NCBI RefSeq assembly: GCF_006345805.1 | Contig: NC_042997.1 | Span: 128,278,001 to 128,342,000, forward strand | Source: Octopus sinensis | Lineage: Eukaryota | Reading direction: 5' to 3' | Length of the DNA: 64,000 nucleotides | Shown here: positions 1 to 11,180 of the stretch, piece after piece | Position numbering within the stretch: the first letter of the stretch is position 1 | Layout: each line of letters starts with the position of its first letter | Made by a program: the position numbers and the translations under genes | Notes under the pieces: generated by a model | Told to the model about the DNA's origin: nothing | The model's database searches: none | The model's input: the letters and a program-made list of their open reading frames with translations, nothing else

Positions 1-149
1 AATTTTTTTCTTTCTTTTTGTTCACTTAAGCAAACTGAAGCAAGCAGAGTTTGCAACATAGCGACAGTAGTAAGATCTGAACTTCTGATCATATACTTGG
101 TAGTCCAACATCTATATGTAGTATGAGTGTATGTAATGTGTGTGTTATA

Positions 150-405
150 TAATGTACTGGTACGGTTGTGTGCTTAAGAAGTTCACTTGCAACCACATGG
201 TTTCAGGTTCAGTCCCACTGTGCTACACTTTGGACAAGTGTCTTCTACTTCAGACTTGTGAGTTAATTCCGCAGATGGAAAATGTGTGGAAGCCCAGCAT
301 ATACAAGTGTGTTTGTGCTGGTCTCCCTCCACACCCCTATTGTTGGTTTGTTTATGTCCCCATATATAGCAGTACAATCAGAGACTGACGGAATAAGTAC
401 CACAT
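150..405 (+). mobile_element. tRNA-derived SINE, family A (degenerate)
   Basis: Head 'aaccacatggtttcaggttcagtcccactg...ggacaagtgtcttctact' and tail 'gaataagtacca' are shared with better copies at 26918, 32985, 44475, 45070 and 63125. Confidence 0.75.
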
Positions 406-1282
406 TTAAAATAACTTTAGTATTGGAGTTGATTTGTTCCCCTTTCTCTCAGGGTGTATATTTTTCTACCTCACGAAATTTCTCTTGGAGGCTTCAGATG
501 AAGGTATGATATTGGGAAGATGGATATGTGGATCACACCTTTTTATTTGGCTAGCTACCTGTGTGCCTTAGTATTGCCCAGTCAGAGCTGACCAGGAAGG
601 TTTCATGCCATGATTTACAACTAGTACATGAGATAATGTGGAAAAGTGCATAGTCAATCAAACTGCAAAATCTAGCAGCCAAATCTCCCTGATAGCACCT
701 CATTATCTTAAAATGTGACAAACTGAAGAACAGTCTTGGTAATCTTCAAATGGATGGTCACAAGTTGGAATGCTGGGATACGTTATGTTTGAAATAATCA
801 ATGCCTTTGATTATAGTTCTTCTGAATCAGACTGCTGCTGCTGCTGCTACTACTACTACTACTACTAAATAAATATATAATCTGAACAAGAATTGTAGGT
901 ATTGAAGCATTTCCTCGTGGATGTTTGTCTTTCTCTTTGATTTTAAGCGAAACGTTCATATTACACAAGACTGCTGACCTTCATAACAATGTACAATTTT
1001 TATTTCCTCTCCCAAACAAGTATGTCAGGGCTTGTGCTAAAATGTATAAATGTACTACTTAACATCAAAAAAATATATTATATATTTACCCCAGGACATT
1101 CCTTCCTGTGTCTACAAAAAACCTGATTAGGCTTCCTCTCATCATATTTCTTATTTCCTATTTTGATATATTAAAACTCCAATGCCTCACTCATTAAAAA
1201 AGAATTCTTTTTGATTTTGAGTTGTCTCCTTGCCTCTATTAATAAGAGAAGTCATACTTACCTTTCATTGATAAATATAGAT

Positions 1283-1502
1283 ATCTATCTATCTATCCGC
1301 TCAGTCGAAGTCGACTCTCGGTCACTTGTTGGATCAGTGTCCTCCAGTCAGTTCTATCCTGGGCCGCTTCTTTCACATTCGCTATGTCCATTCTGGTATC
1401 CCTCTTGATGGTGTCAAGCCAGCGGGTTCTTGGTCGGACTCTTCCTCTCTTGCCACTGACCATTCCGAGCATGATGTCCTTCTCCAGGGATATTCTTCGC
1501 AT
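1283..1502 (-). mobile_element. 5'-truncated RTE (BovB-like) LINE 3' end with (GATA)n tail
   Basis: Uninterrupted ORF end LEKDIMLGMVSGKRGRVRPRTRWLD...QDRTDWR...VTESRLRLSG* fits the RTE-BovB C-terminal pattern. The stop codon runs into a gata microsatellite tail. Confidence 0.85.
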
Positions 1503-1751
1503 AATATGATATAGTTTTGATTAATTAAATTTATTGTGTTCCTCACTCTAAATATGGTTATTAAGTATTTTTTTAACTTATGCTTGTCACATTACAAACA
1601 TTGTATTGTATATTTAACAAACATTGTATTGTATATAGGTAATGCCTATAACATGTTTTGAACACCTCTTAGTCACATATGTCTTCTAGATATGTGTGTC
1701 ATTATTGGCAGTATTAGCATTATCTATTACATCTAAGGGAGTCTAAAGGCT

Positions 1752-1985
1752 TTACTATTTCTTTTGTTCAACAGGTGTAGTTATCTTATGCTTTGGGATT
1801 GTAAAGGCATAACCTTCAAAATATGATATGAAGCAAACTGTCATGAGTCCAAGAGAAGGTGTGTTCTCTGTTAATATTGGCACCATTCTCAAGTTTTCGG
1901 GAAACATATCCATGCATAACTTTATGTTGGTATGCAAAGTGTTTCTCCTCCAGGATTTTCTGCTTCTTGTATGTGTGCACATTTG
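1752..1985 (-). mobile_element. Decayed non-LTR retrotransposon fragment, R4/Dong-like post-RT region
   Basis: Two frames join to give KVMHGYVSRKLE...INREHTFSW...SYFEGYAFTI. This fits the K..HG...W...EG...AIQ.Q motif series I recall for R4-clade elements. Confidence 0.5.
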
Positions 1986-2646
1986 CATCAATGTATGAGC
2001 CAGTGCATATATTCATATGTGGAATGGGTATAAATGTGTGAATATCTGTCTGTGTGTGGTTGTATTTGTATATATATATGTGTGTGTGTGTGTGCGTGTG
2101 TAAATGTACATGTGCATGTATTCATGTATGTGTGTGTGTGTAGGGGGGGGGGTATGCCTATGTATGTGTGTATATTAGTTTGTCTTTAACTATTTGTAAT
2201 GTAAAACTATTCTAATCAGGAACTTCAGATGATTACAACAATTGGTAATGGAAGCTATTAACTAGAATACCATACAAATGTATAGTATTTCTTGATGCTT
2301 CCTGATTAAATTGTTTGTTAAGAATGGTAAGTAAATATTGTTCAGATATTCATCAGATATACTGCAGCAAGACCATGAAGGAAATGCAAAGACAGGAAAG
2401 GTATGATAGGAGAGGGGGAGGAGTTGAGATGGGAGTGGATAAGATAAAGCTTGTTGAAATGAAGCTGCAGTTTGGAAATGTAAGACATGAATTTCCAAAC
2501 AACAGTGTCACGTTTATTGAAGAGAAATCTTTCACTGAACGTGATTCTTGCTGTATATTCTTCTGATCTTACTAGATTTACCATACTGATTGAATTAATG
2601 ATGATGGTGGTGTTGGGGTCATAATGATTATTATCAAGGTGGTGTT

Positions 2647-2820
2647 GTTGCTGTTTAGCCCCAGGTCAGTCCTGATAAAACAGACTTGTGTTCAAAAACA
2701 TTCCAGCTGTGCTGTGATTGCACTGTCTTTTCATTGGACCACATTATCTGAGATAAATGGGTGTTGGTTGAAGATATTTGACTTATTTCTTGCAGTTAGG
2801 GGCCATAGAGAAGCTTCCTA
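2647..2820 (+). repeat. Old dispersed repeat, family D (SINE-like)
   Basis: Motifs 'gtttagccccaggtcag...cattccagc' and 'ttatttct...gaagcttcct' recur near 4100-4450, 11660-11850, 39100-39290, 49780-49975, 51205-51410 and 53350-53530. Confidence 0.6.
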
Positions 2821-3792
2821 TGGATGCAGTTGGTTAATTTATTTTGTGGTGTTTGAATAATTATACAATAGTGAATGATTATTCCATAATAAAAAGACTT
2901 ATCTTTTAACAAAAGAACCAATTGTATAATATGCACCCTACACCTCACATACAGAAGACCAGCTTCTTTCAGTTTCCATCCATGAAATTCACTTTCAAAG
3001 CTTATATATGTATTATACTTTATGTTGGAACTATATAGAGTCTGATATATATTTATGTGTAAGATAAACAGAATTACATTTCTGGACCCTTGTTTCTTCC
3101 AAACAGTACTTTGGTGAACCATTTACATCAGTGGTAGGGAATCTTTCTAGCTGGGCATGCTGGAATTTCAATTTCTTTAATAATCCTGTAAATGGAATGT
3201 CATATTTATATACACGCATTTTAGTTGTAGTTAGTTACATGCTTGGAGATTGGCTTTTTATAATATTGTAGAACAATTTTTTGTTTTTAAAAATCTACCA
3301 GTGTATTATGTGTTACCCCAAACCCCATTGCAAGTCACTACTGACATAGCAAGTCATAGCTTTCCCATCGATGTTTTGAACAAAGATGGGATGATCACAG
3401 GTCTACTTAATTATGGTTTACTTGGGGTTAAACAGTAACATAATAATAACCTTTCCAAGGCAACTGTGAACTTACTACAGAGTACTATTTTGTGTTCTGC
3501 AACTGACAATAAAACATAACCTTGGACAAGTACTTTGTCTCAATCTGCCTAAGAATGGTATACATAGGAAGTCCTGCAGTGATTGTAGTCTCAGGAATTA
3601 GTAATTAGATGATAGATGAAACAAACTTTTTAAAGACATTTCACTCCTTCAGTATAAGGATACAATTAGTTTATTGCTGATATCGATTCCTAAAGTACAG
3701 GGCAATTTATCTTTGTGGCAGCTGAAACCTAGTTTTGATTCCTTGTGGAATCAAATAAAACTGTATTGAATAAATTAAATTTTTTGTTTCAG

Positions 3793-3880
3793 CTAAATTA
3801 CCATACTGAACTATGTCGGCTATTTGTAATGTTTTTTGAGAATTCTATCTTGTCAAATTCGATGTAGTATTCTGAGTATG
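3793..3880 (+). other. Candidate spliced exon, non-coding or 5'UTR ending in ATG
   Basis: Acceptor 'ttttttgtttcag|' and donor 'ATG|gtgagt'. It is 88 nt long with stops in all three frames. Confidence 0.3.
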
Positions 3881-4099
3881 GTGAGTGTTATCAATAGCTT
3901 AGCCAGTCTAAGATTAGTATTGACCGATACACAGACACTGCGTTACTAAATTAACATAGTGATATACAATTATATTATTGGAGCTGTTTTATATTTATTT
4001 TCTTGTTGCCAAGAGAAGCAAAACTCTAAACCATTATGGCCCATCTCAAACTCTGGCTACTATATATTTTAAATAGCTTTGGCTGCTGCTGCTATTGCT

Positions 4100-4450
4100 T
4101 TTGTTATTGAGTTGGAAGTCTGTTCTGATCCAACAGACCTATAGACAAAGGATAGCCACCAGTGACTATCCCAACTTTTATTCATACAGTTTACCTGGGA
4201 CTACAGAATCCAATATGTTTTTACTATTGTTGTTTAGCCTTAAATTAAGCTCTGATCTAGTAGAGCTATAACTAAAGGCGATCTGGTAGTGACTATCCCA
4301 CCTTTTATTTAGACATTTAAAACCCCAGGACAACATTATCTGTATCCTTCATTTGTAAGGAGATAAACTGAGATTTCAAAGAGATTTATTTCTAGTATAT
4401 CAAACAGTAGCTAAGAAATTCCCTTGTTGGCTGGAGGGAGCTCTCCTTAT
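4100..4450 (+). repeat. Two adjacent degenerate family D copies
   Basis: The block 'gttg...ttcTGAT..cagacctat...aaagg...ccag...gtgactatccca.ctttt' occurs twice. Confidence 0.55.
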
Positions 4451-5777
4451 TGAACCTTTTATGGTCATATTTTTTTATTTGGTTTTTCCCTCCTTGTATG
4501 GGCGGAGCAGTTCAAAGAATTCTAATATTTTGCATAATAATTGTTGTTACAAATATTGATATATATTTCTACTAAGCATCCAGTTATATGAAAATGGAGC
4601 CACTATGCTGACTTATTTACATACATATATTTTATATTGCATTCTGTGAACACTAGCATGTGTTGATTAATGGTTTGCGCAAAACCAGTCACTAGTTCAC
4701 TTTATTTATGATGGTGAAAGCGATAAGGGGGGTTCCTGTGTAACTCAGACAGAATAAATACCACAAGGTAGTTCTGTTTGAAAACACTGGTTCATTGATT
4801 TTTCTTGCCAAAATTTACAATTTTCACTGATATACATTGATGAAGTATGTGTGATGATGATGTTATTAAACATTCACACACACACAAGAGGCTTCTGCAC
4901 AACATTTGTCTTTCAAACTCTACTCACTGGTCATTTGTAAACTCAAAGTTATCACATATACCATTTGTCCATGGTATTGCTCAGTGATACGGAACCTAGA
5001 AGCATGTAGGTACAACTCAATCTTCTTAACCTCACACCCATACCTATACTTGACTTGATTAAAGGAAAGTAGTACTACTAGCTTACAGATATTCCTGCAG
5101 TGTTTCTAGCAAGTGTCTTTACTATGTGGTCAGTTGTAGCCTTGCAGCTACCCTGACTCTGCTCATCAAAAAGAAATCAAATCTTAATATATATAGGTGA
5201 AAAATTAACATTGGATAATTAAGACAGGTACTGAAACACCTTGATCAAACTATAGTTGAATAAAATACAAAGCACACATCATATTCAGGGCAATATAAAA
5301 AAAAAATCTGCATAACTTCTTAAGATTAAATGGGTAAAAGGTTGTACAAAGGATAATGATGAGAACAAGACAATATTTCTGTTTATTTTTCCTTAATATT
5401 GCCAGCAGGCAAATGACTGATTAAAATAAACACTTAAAATCCAATAGTTGATTAATTGTGTAAATGTCTGAGATGAGCGCTTGTTAATGTGATTATGTTT
5501 TTTTAAATTATTAACCTTATCTCTCAAGATGGCAGATTTATCAGCATTTACAGCCACACTAAGTTTTAATTTGTTTGATCTCCTATCATCACCAGTTGTC
5601 TTATTCTTTATTGATAAAAGACATAGCTATTTAGTATAGAAATAATGGTTCTCAGTTTGAATCAGTAATACCTGATGAAGATTGAAAGCAAATTTGATAG
5701 CAAAATGTCTAGGATAACTACAACATTCTTTAGATAACTATTTTCTTAGCAATTGCAGTCATTATTGATAATTTGAT

Positions 5778-5990
5778 CATCATCATCATCATCTTTTAAT
5801 GCCCATCTTCCATGAGTTAGATGGTTTGATAGAATTCAACAGGTCTGAGAACTGCATTGTGATCCAGTGTTGGCTTTTGGTATGATTTCTACAGCCTGAT
5901 GCTCTTCCTAAAACCAACCACTTTACAGAATATATTGGGTAACTTTTTTGTAGCACCGGCATTAGTGAAGTTGCCTAACAGCTTGCAAGA
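5778..5990 (-). mobile_element. SINE family C (RTE-type 3' tail with (GAT)n)
   Basis: 'catcatcatc ttttaatgcc...tttctacagcctgatgctcttcctaaaaccaaccac' is the reverse complement of the tail at 21740-21896. Confidence 0.75.
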
Positions 5991-6389
5991 CTAAGATTTA
6001 TTTTGAAAATAATTTAATAAGATAAATTTGGCATTATTAAAATGGTATTTTAATGGAAAGTTTTGATTTAGATCACTTTAATCAGGAAGTATTTATCATA
6101 GATCCAGAGGTGATCTCAGGCATAGGGCACCAAAGGAAAGGGGTTCCACAGATATTTTTTTCCAGTGCTAAATTTACTATAGAGCAAATGGTAAATTATA
6201 AAAGTTTTTCTTTCTTTGAGAAAAACAATATGTTGAAATTTTACAGGTTTTCCTCTGGCCTTAGCTGTAAATGAATAATTTACTTACATTACTCACTGCT
6301 ATTTTCATTCATCTGATCTGTATCTAACCCTGCACCTCATTTTCTTTTGTAACCTGTCTCTATAATGTCCACTTACCCATTGACCGTGA

Positions 6390-6990
6390 GAAATAATAAA
6401 GAAATGATTATTTTGGTTTGGCTCAGGTTTGGTCTTATTCCTGATAGGATTTATGTGGGTAGCAGGTTACTACCTGTAACCTTAGGCATCCACATGTTTT
6501 CAGCAGTCTTTCAAGTGCTTAGAACCCTCCTAATAATCCTTATTATCGCTAAGAGACAAACGCCATATGTCCAGGGGCAATTATGTAGTGAATTTTTAGG
6601 GCTTATAAATCCAATATTTTCCTATCCTTCCTTAATACCGGTTCTCATATGCTATTCATATCTGCACTCGGTCTGCTTAGGAGGTTGTTGTGTCCTAGCA
6701 TATGTGCTGCTTCTTTCAGTTTTTGTATTTTCCAGTGGTGTTCTCTGTCTATTATTTTAACTTCATCTGACAGGGGAAGGTGGTCTCCATTTTTCCATAC
6801 ATGATCAGCTATACTTGATTTATCAATGTCTCCTCATGTCACAGCTTTGCGATGTTCCCCTACCCTTATTTTGAGGGGATGGCCTGTTTTGCCTTTGTAT
6901 TACCTACCACAGCTGCATGGAATGGAGTACATGCAGTTTTTGGTCATATTCTCTTCTACTGGTGGTTTTACCTTAAGGAGATATTGATGT
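6390..6990 (-). mobile_element. Penelope-like element: GIY-YIG endonuclease pseudogene plus 3' region
   Basis: Single-frame translation NCMYSIPCSCGR*YKGKTGHPLKIRVGEHRKAV...SSIADHVWK...EVKIIDREHHWKIQKLKEAAHM...LSRPS...I*EPVL shows the PLE endonuclease signature, with three in-frame stops. Confidence 0.88.
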
Positions 6991-8082
6991 AATCAACTTT
7001 CCCTGCCTTTAAAATTGCTGGCCTTGCACTAAAGTTCGAAAGAATTATTAATTTATTTATCAAATGATAACTAAAATAATTACTACCTGAGAATAAGTTG
7101 TCACTGAATTCCAGTTCATACTGCTCTGTGTGTATGTCTGTGTGATGTGCCTATGTGTCTGTGTGTGTATGTGGTGAAGGGTTTTAAATACATCAGGTGT
7201 GTTTGTTTATGAACATCTCTTTCAACAACTTGCCTTGCATCAATGCAAGAAATTTTATTTTTGTATATTAATGTTTGTGTGGCTGATATATTATTCATCT
7301 CTCTCTACACAATTTTCAAAACTATGTTTATGTTTCTTTCTTTGTCTTGTATGTGTGTATACTTGCATGCATTATAACGAACAAAAGAAAATGTACTCAG
7401 TACATACTATAGAGTATAGTTGACAGCTATATGATGCATTGTAATGAAATGTATCTTTTATTCAAAGTGACATTGGAACCCTATTAATTTTATGGCTGAC
7501 CCAGATGTCATCTAATCATAAGGGGTAGTAATTCCCTTTATGGCAACCTACATGGTCTGTTTTGATGTAGAATTAGTGAGGTCTTAAAGTGACTTAAAAT
7601 AAAGAAACATTTTATTACAATGTAAAAACGCTGCCACCTGAATGGGCATGTAAACATGAAACTTAAGTAACAGCATATGGTATTAGCCAAATATATATAC
7701 TTATATATATATCTATATATGTTAATATACTTACACATACAAAAAAAATAATGATATATATCTACAGCTAAAATGAAGACACTAGAAAATAAAATCAAGC
7801 TACATATTGAAATAGTTCATAATATATTCTATATATTTGTGTGGGTGTGTGTGTATGTATGTGTTGTGTGTTGATTATGTGGATTTTTACTCCACCCCCA
7901 CCCCCACTCCACTGTGCTACTCTTTAATATTTCTTTTTGAGACATTTCTCCATGAATTATCTGAGTGAACAGAATTAGAAGAGGCAGTCCTAGTGTAAAA
8001 GAATCACCTTTGCTCACACAAGTGAAGAACATAACTTTCCTTCAGTAATCTTCCTTTTCTAACCATTTAGTCTTTCTTCTAG

Positions 8083-8169
8083 CCGACATTTCCCCTCCAT
8101 CTTGGTATTGCCATTACTTTAATAGAATGGTTTCTTTCACTAGCTTCTATATTTTTCTTACTTGCTTGA
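8083..8169 (+). CDS. Candidate terminal coding exon with hydrophobic C-terminus (PTFPLHLGIAITLIEWFLSLASIFFLLA*)
   Basis: Branch-point-like TTCTAAC (8057-8063), a pyrimidine tract and TAG at 8080-8082, followed by T-rich UTR-like sequence. No homology recognised. Confidence 0.22.
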   Translation, partial: PTFPLHLGIAITLIEWFLSLASIFFLLA

Positions 8170-8544
8170 AAGAAAAAATAAAAGAAAGTTTTTATTTTAT
8201 TTTTACCTTTATTTTTTTTTTTCATGCATCACTGACACTGCTTATTTCTATAGAGGGATGTGTTTTTGTCAAATTTGATTATTGCTTAATATTTTGGACT
8301 GAATCTATCTAGTGCATAGTTGTTTTGCAGTTCTTATATATATATATTTTTTTCTATTCATCTTTTGTCTTTTTCTTGTCTTACTTTTCTCAATATTCTT
8401 TTAAGTCTGTTATTTATTTATATAGTTATTCATTTTTTGTTTTATTTACATATTTTGTTATTTTTTCCCCTTCATTTCATGTGTCTTTTATTGCCATAAA
8501 TTGCCAGATCCATCTTTCTTGCTACAACTTTTAGATCTGAAATC

Positions 8545-8656
8545 TTGTGAAATATACATACATACATACATATGCATATGTATGTATGTATGTATTTATG
8601 TATGTATGTATGTATGTATGTATGTATGTATGTATGTATATATATATATATATATG
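8545..8656. repeat. Compound (CATA)n/(TATG)n/(TA)n microsatellite
   Basis: Seen directly. Similar arrays lie at 8870-8935, 9120-9190 and 9890-9960. Confidence 0.95.
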
Positions 8657-8867
8657 AAAGAATAAATATTACTTGTTCTAGGGAGTTAGGGCAGGAGGGT
8701 GAGGCAGATTATTGAAGGAAAGAAATGTGTAAAAAACGCCAGGAACAGGAAAAAGAAGATGGTATTAAGGAGTTCTAGTTAGCACCTTGTTCTGTAATTG
8801 CAATATCTTATAGAGTACATTGATGTATATTGAGAGTAATACTTGAAAATTTTGGGTCTGAATTGTT

Positions 8868-8905
<38 letters not shown>

Positions 8906-9124
8906 ACACACACACACACATAGATAGATAGATATACACATGTGCAGATAAATATAGACATTCACAGACACACATACTCATTGTTCATATATGTATGTAT
9001 GTTTGTAGGTAGGTATGTATACTTATATACATGAACAATGAGTATGTGTGTATCTATCTTCTATTTGCTTATGTTTCTCTCTCTCTCTTACTCTCTTTCT
9101 TTCTTACTCCCCCCTCTCTCTCTG

Positions 9125-9188
<64 letters not shown>

Positions 9189-9925
9189 TTTATACAAAGT
9201 TGCTGCTGATCACTAGGTATCATGATTGCTTTCATAGTTATTTAACCACTACACTCCAAGCATCCCTTTGATACAATAAGGATGCCCATGATATTAAGTT
9301 TATATCTTTTGTTTTTGTTATTTTTTTCTGATTTCTCCTCTGTTTATGATGACCTTACAGCATAGACAAGGTTAAGTGATTTGTTTTGTTTTGTTTCTTA
9401 TAGGTAGTTTCAAGATGAGATCAGTCACGATCTGCATGAACAGTCATTCTGAAGACATTCAAGTAACATGGCCTGTCTAATGTAGATTTTTCCTGATGAG
9501 ATCTTTCATACTTGGCTATCCTAGTATCTAGTTGTTAGGAACTAACAGGTTTTCATAATCAAGAAAGTGTCTCATCATGAAGCCATTGAGTGCTTTTACC
9601 ATGACTACTGTACAGTATTCATGGTAAGAGTGGATAGAATCTAGTACAAAACCTGTAAATTTCTAAATATGATAATTGTTCTGTAGTCATATACAAGATA
9701 TATGATTGTTGAAATGTGAGATGTAGTCATATACACAGTTGTCTATTAATGTTGTGCTTGCTTTTGCCATCCTCTTTTGTTGCAAAGTGGCAATACATGT
9801 TTTGATATTGATCTGCTAAATAAGTTGTGCAGTTCTCAAATTAATGCCATCAAGTATCAACCCTGATTCTTTATATTAACCATTTATCAGGCTATATATA
9901 TATATATATATATATATACTCACAC

Positions 9926-9964
<39 letters not shown>

Positions 9965-10319
9965 GTGTGTGTATGTGTGTATAATTCTTTGCTTGTTTCA
10001 GTCATTAGACTGCAACCATGCTATGAATATTATAAAGTTTTTAATATAGGTATTGATTCTGATATTGAAATATTGATTTATAATATTGAAACAAGGTAAC
10101 ACATTTTGAAAGAGAGAGAGAGAGAGAGAGAGAGCACAGTTGAGTATTAGGCTTCTCTGTACACCAATGACTGTTACATCTTTTATCGACTTCTTGATAG
10201 ATGAAAATTCAAGTCAATTCTGGCAGTTTAAACTCGGTACTTAAAGGTATACAACAAAATTCCATAAATATTTTTTCCAACAAATTCTGCCATCAGCCAT
10301 CTTCTAATATCAAAAATAT

Positions 10320-10605
10320 ATGCTAGTGTCCTGTAAAATGCACTTATGCTAGGGCCACATAAAAGGCACTCATGCTGGTGCCATGTAAAAGCACTTGTGC
10401 TAGGGCCACATAAAAAGCACCTGCCCTGGTGTCACATAAAAAGCATCAATGTGGTTTTAAAGGGAGTGACATTAGAAAGGGCATCCAGTCATAGAAACCT
10501 TGTCAAAACAGACAACTGGAGCCTGCTGCAGCTCTCCAGCTTACCAGCTCCTGTGAAACCATCCAAACCATGCCAGCATGGAAAATAGATGTTAAATGAT
10601 GATAT
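10320..10605 (+). mobile_element. SINE family C
   Basis: Internal 'tgctagggccacataaaa' repeats, 'gaaagggcatccag..tagaaac' and tail 'catgccagcatggaaaatagatgttaaatgatgat'. Confidence 0.8.
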
Positions 10606-10964
10606 ATATAAACCTTTTATCTTTACAAACTCTAATTTGCAGTACACAAGCCACATATTTCACTCGCAGTTGTGATTACTCTGCAGTAAGTTCATACTCT
10701 TCACATTCAGGTTAAGTGTAAATGGCTTTACATGGTGGTGTGGGTTAGGTAGATTTTCTGTTTATTGGCCAGATGCCCTTCATATTATGAGCCCTTTTAG
10801 TTGTCTTAGCACGTAGAGACACAATAGCATGTAGAGACACAATAGGTCTATTCTAAATCTAAGACATATACAGTGCCAGGTGCAAATCAATATTTGTTTT
10901 TAATTAAACTTTTAAAAATCTATTTCCTCGTTCTTCTTGTTGTTGCTATTTAGTCCCAGGTAAG

Positions 10965-11180
10965 GTGGCAAGATGGCAGAAACGTTAGCACACCAGGCAA
11001 AACACTTAGCAATAATTCATGTGTCTTTACGTTCTGAGTTCAAATTCCACTGACATTGACTTTGCCTTTCATCCTTTCAGGGTTGATAAATTAAGTACCA
11101 GTTCCATACTGGAGTCGATCTAATCAACTGTTCCTCTCCCCCCAAATTTCAGGCCTTGTGCCTAGAGTAGAAAAGAATAT
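10965..11180 (+). mobile_element. tRNA-derived SINE family B (CORE-like)
   Basis: A-box-like 'tggcagaaacgttagca', B-box-like 'gagttcaaattcc', then 'gactttgcctttcatcctttcagggttgataaattaagtaccag'. Confidence 0.8.

Noticed and set aside
453-503. 51-nt plus-strand exon candidate with good splice sites
   Set aside because: It lies at the tail of a SINE and overlaps family D-like sequence, and the frame is ambiguous.
6365-6760. 131-aa hydrophobic plus-strand ORF resembling a membrane protein
   Set aside because: It is antisense to the Penelope endonuclease pseudogene and its 3' region.
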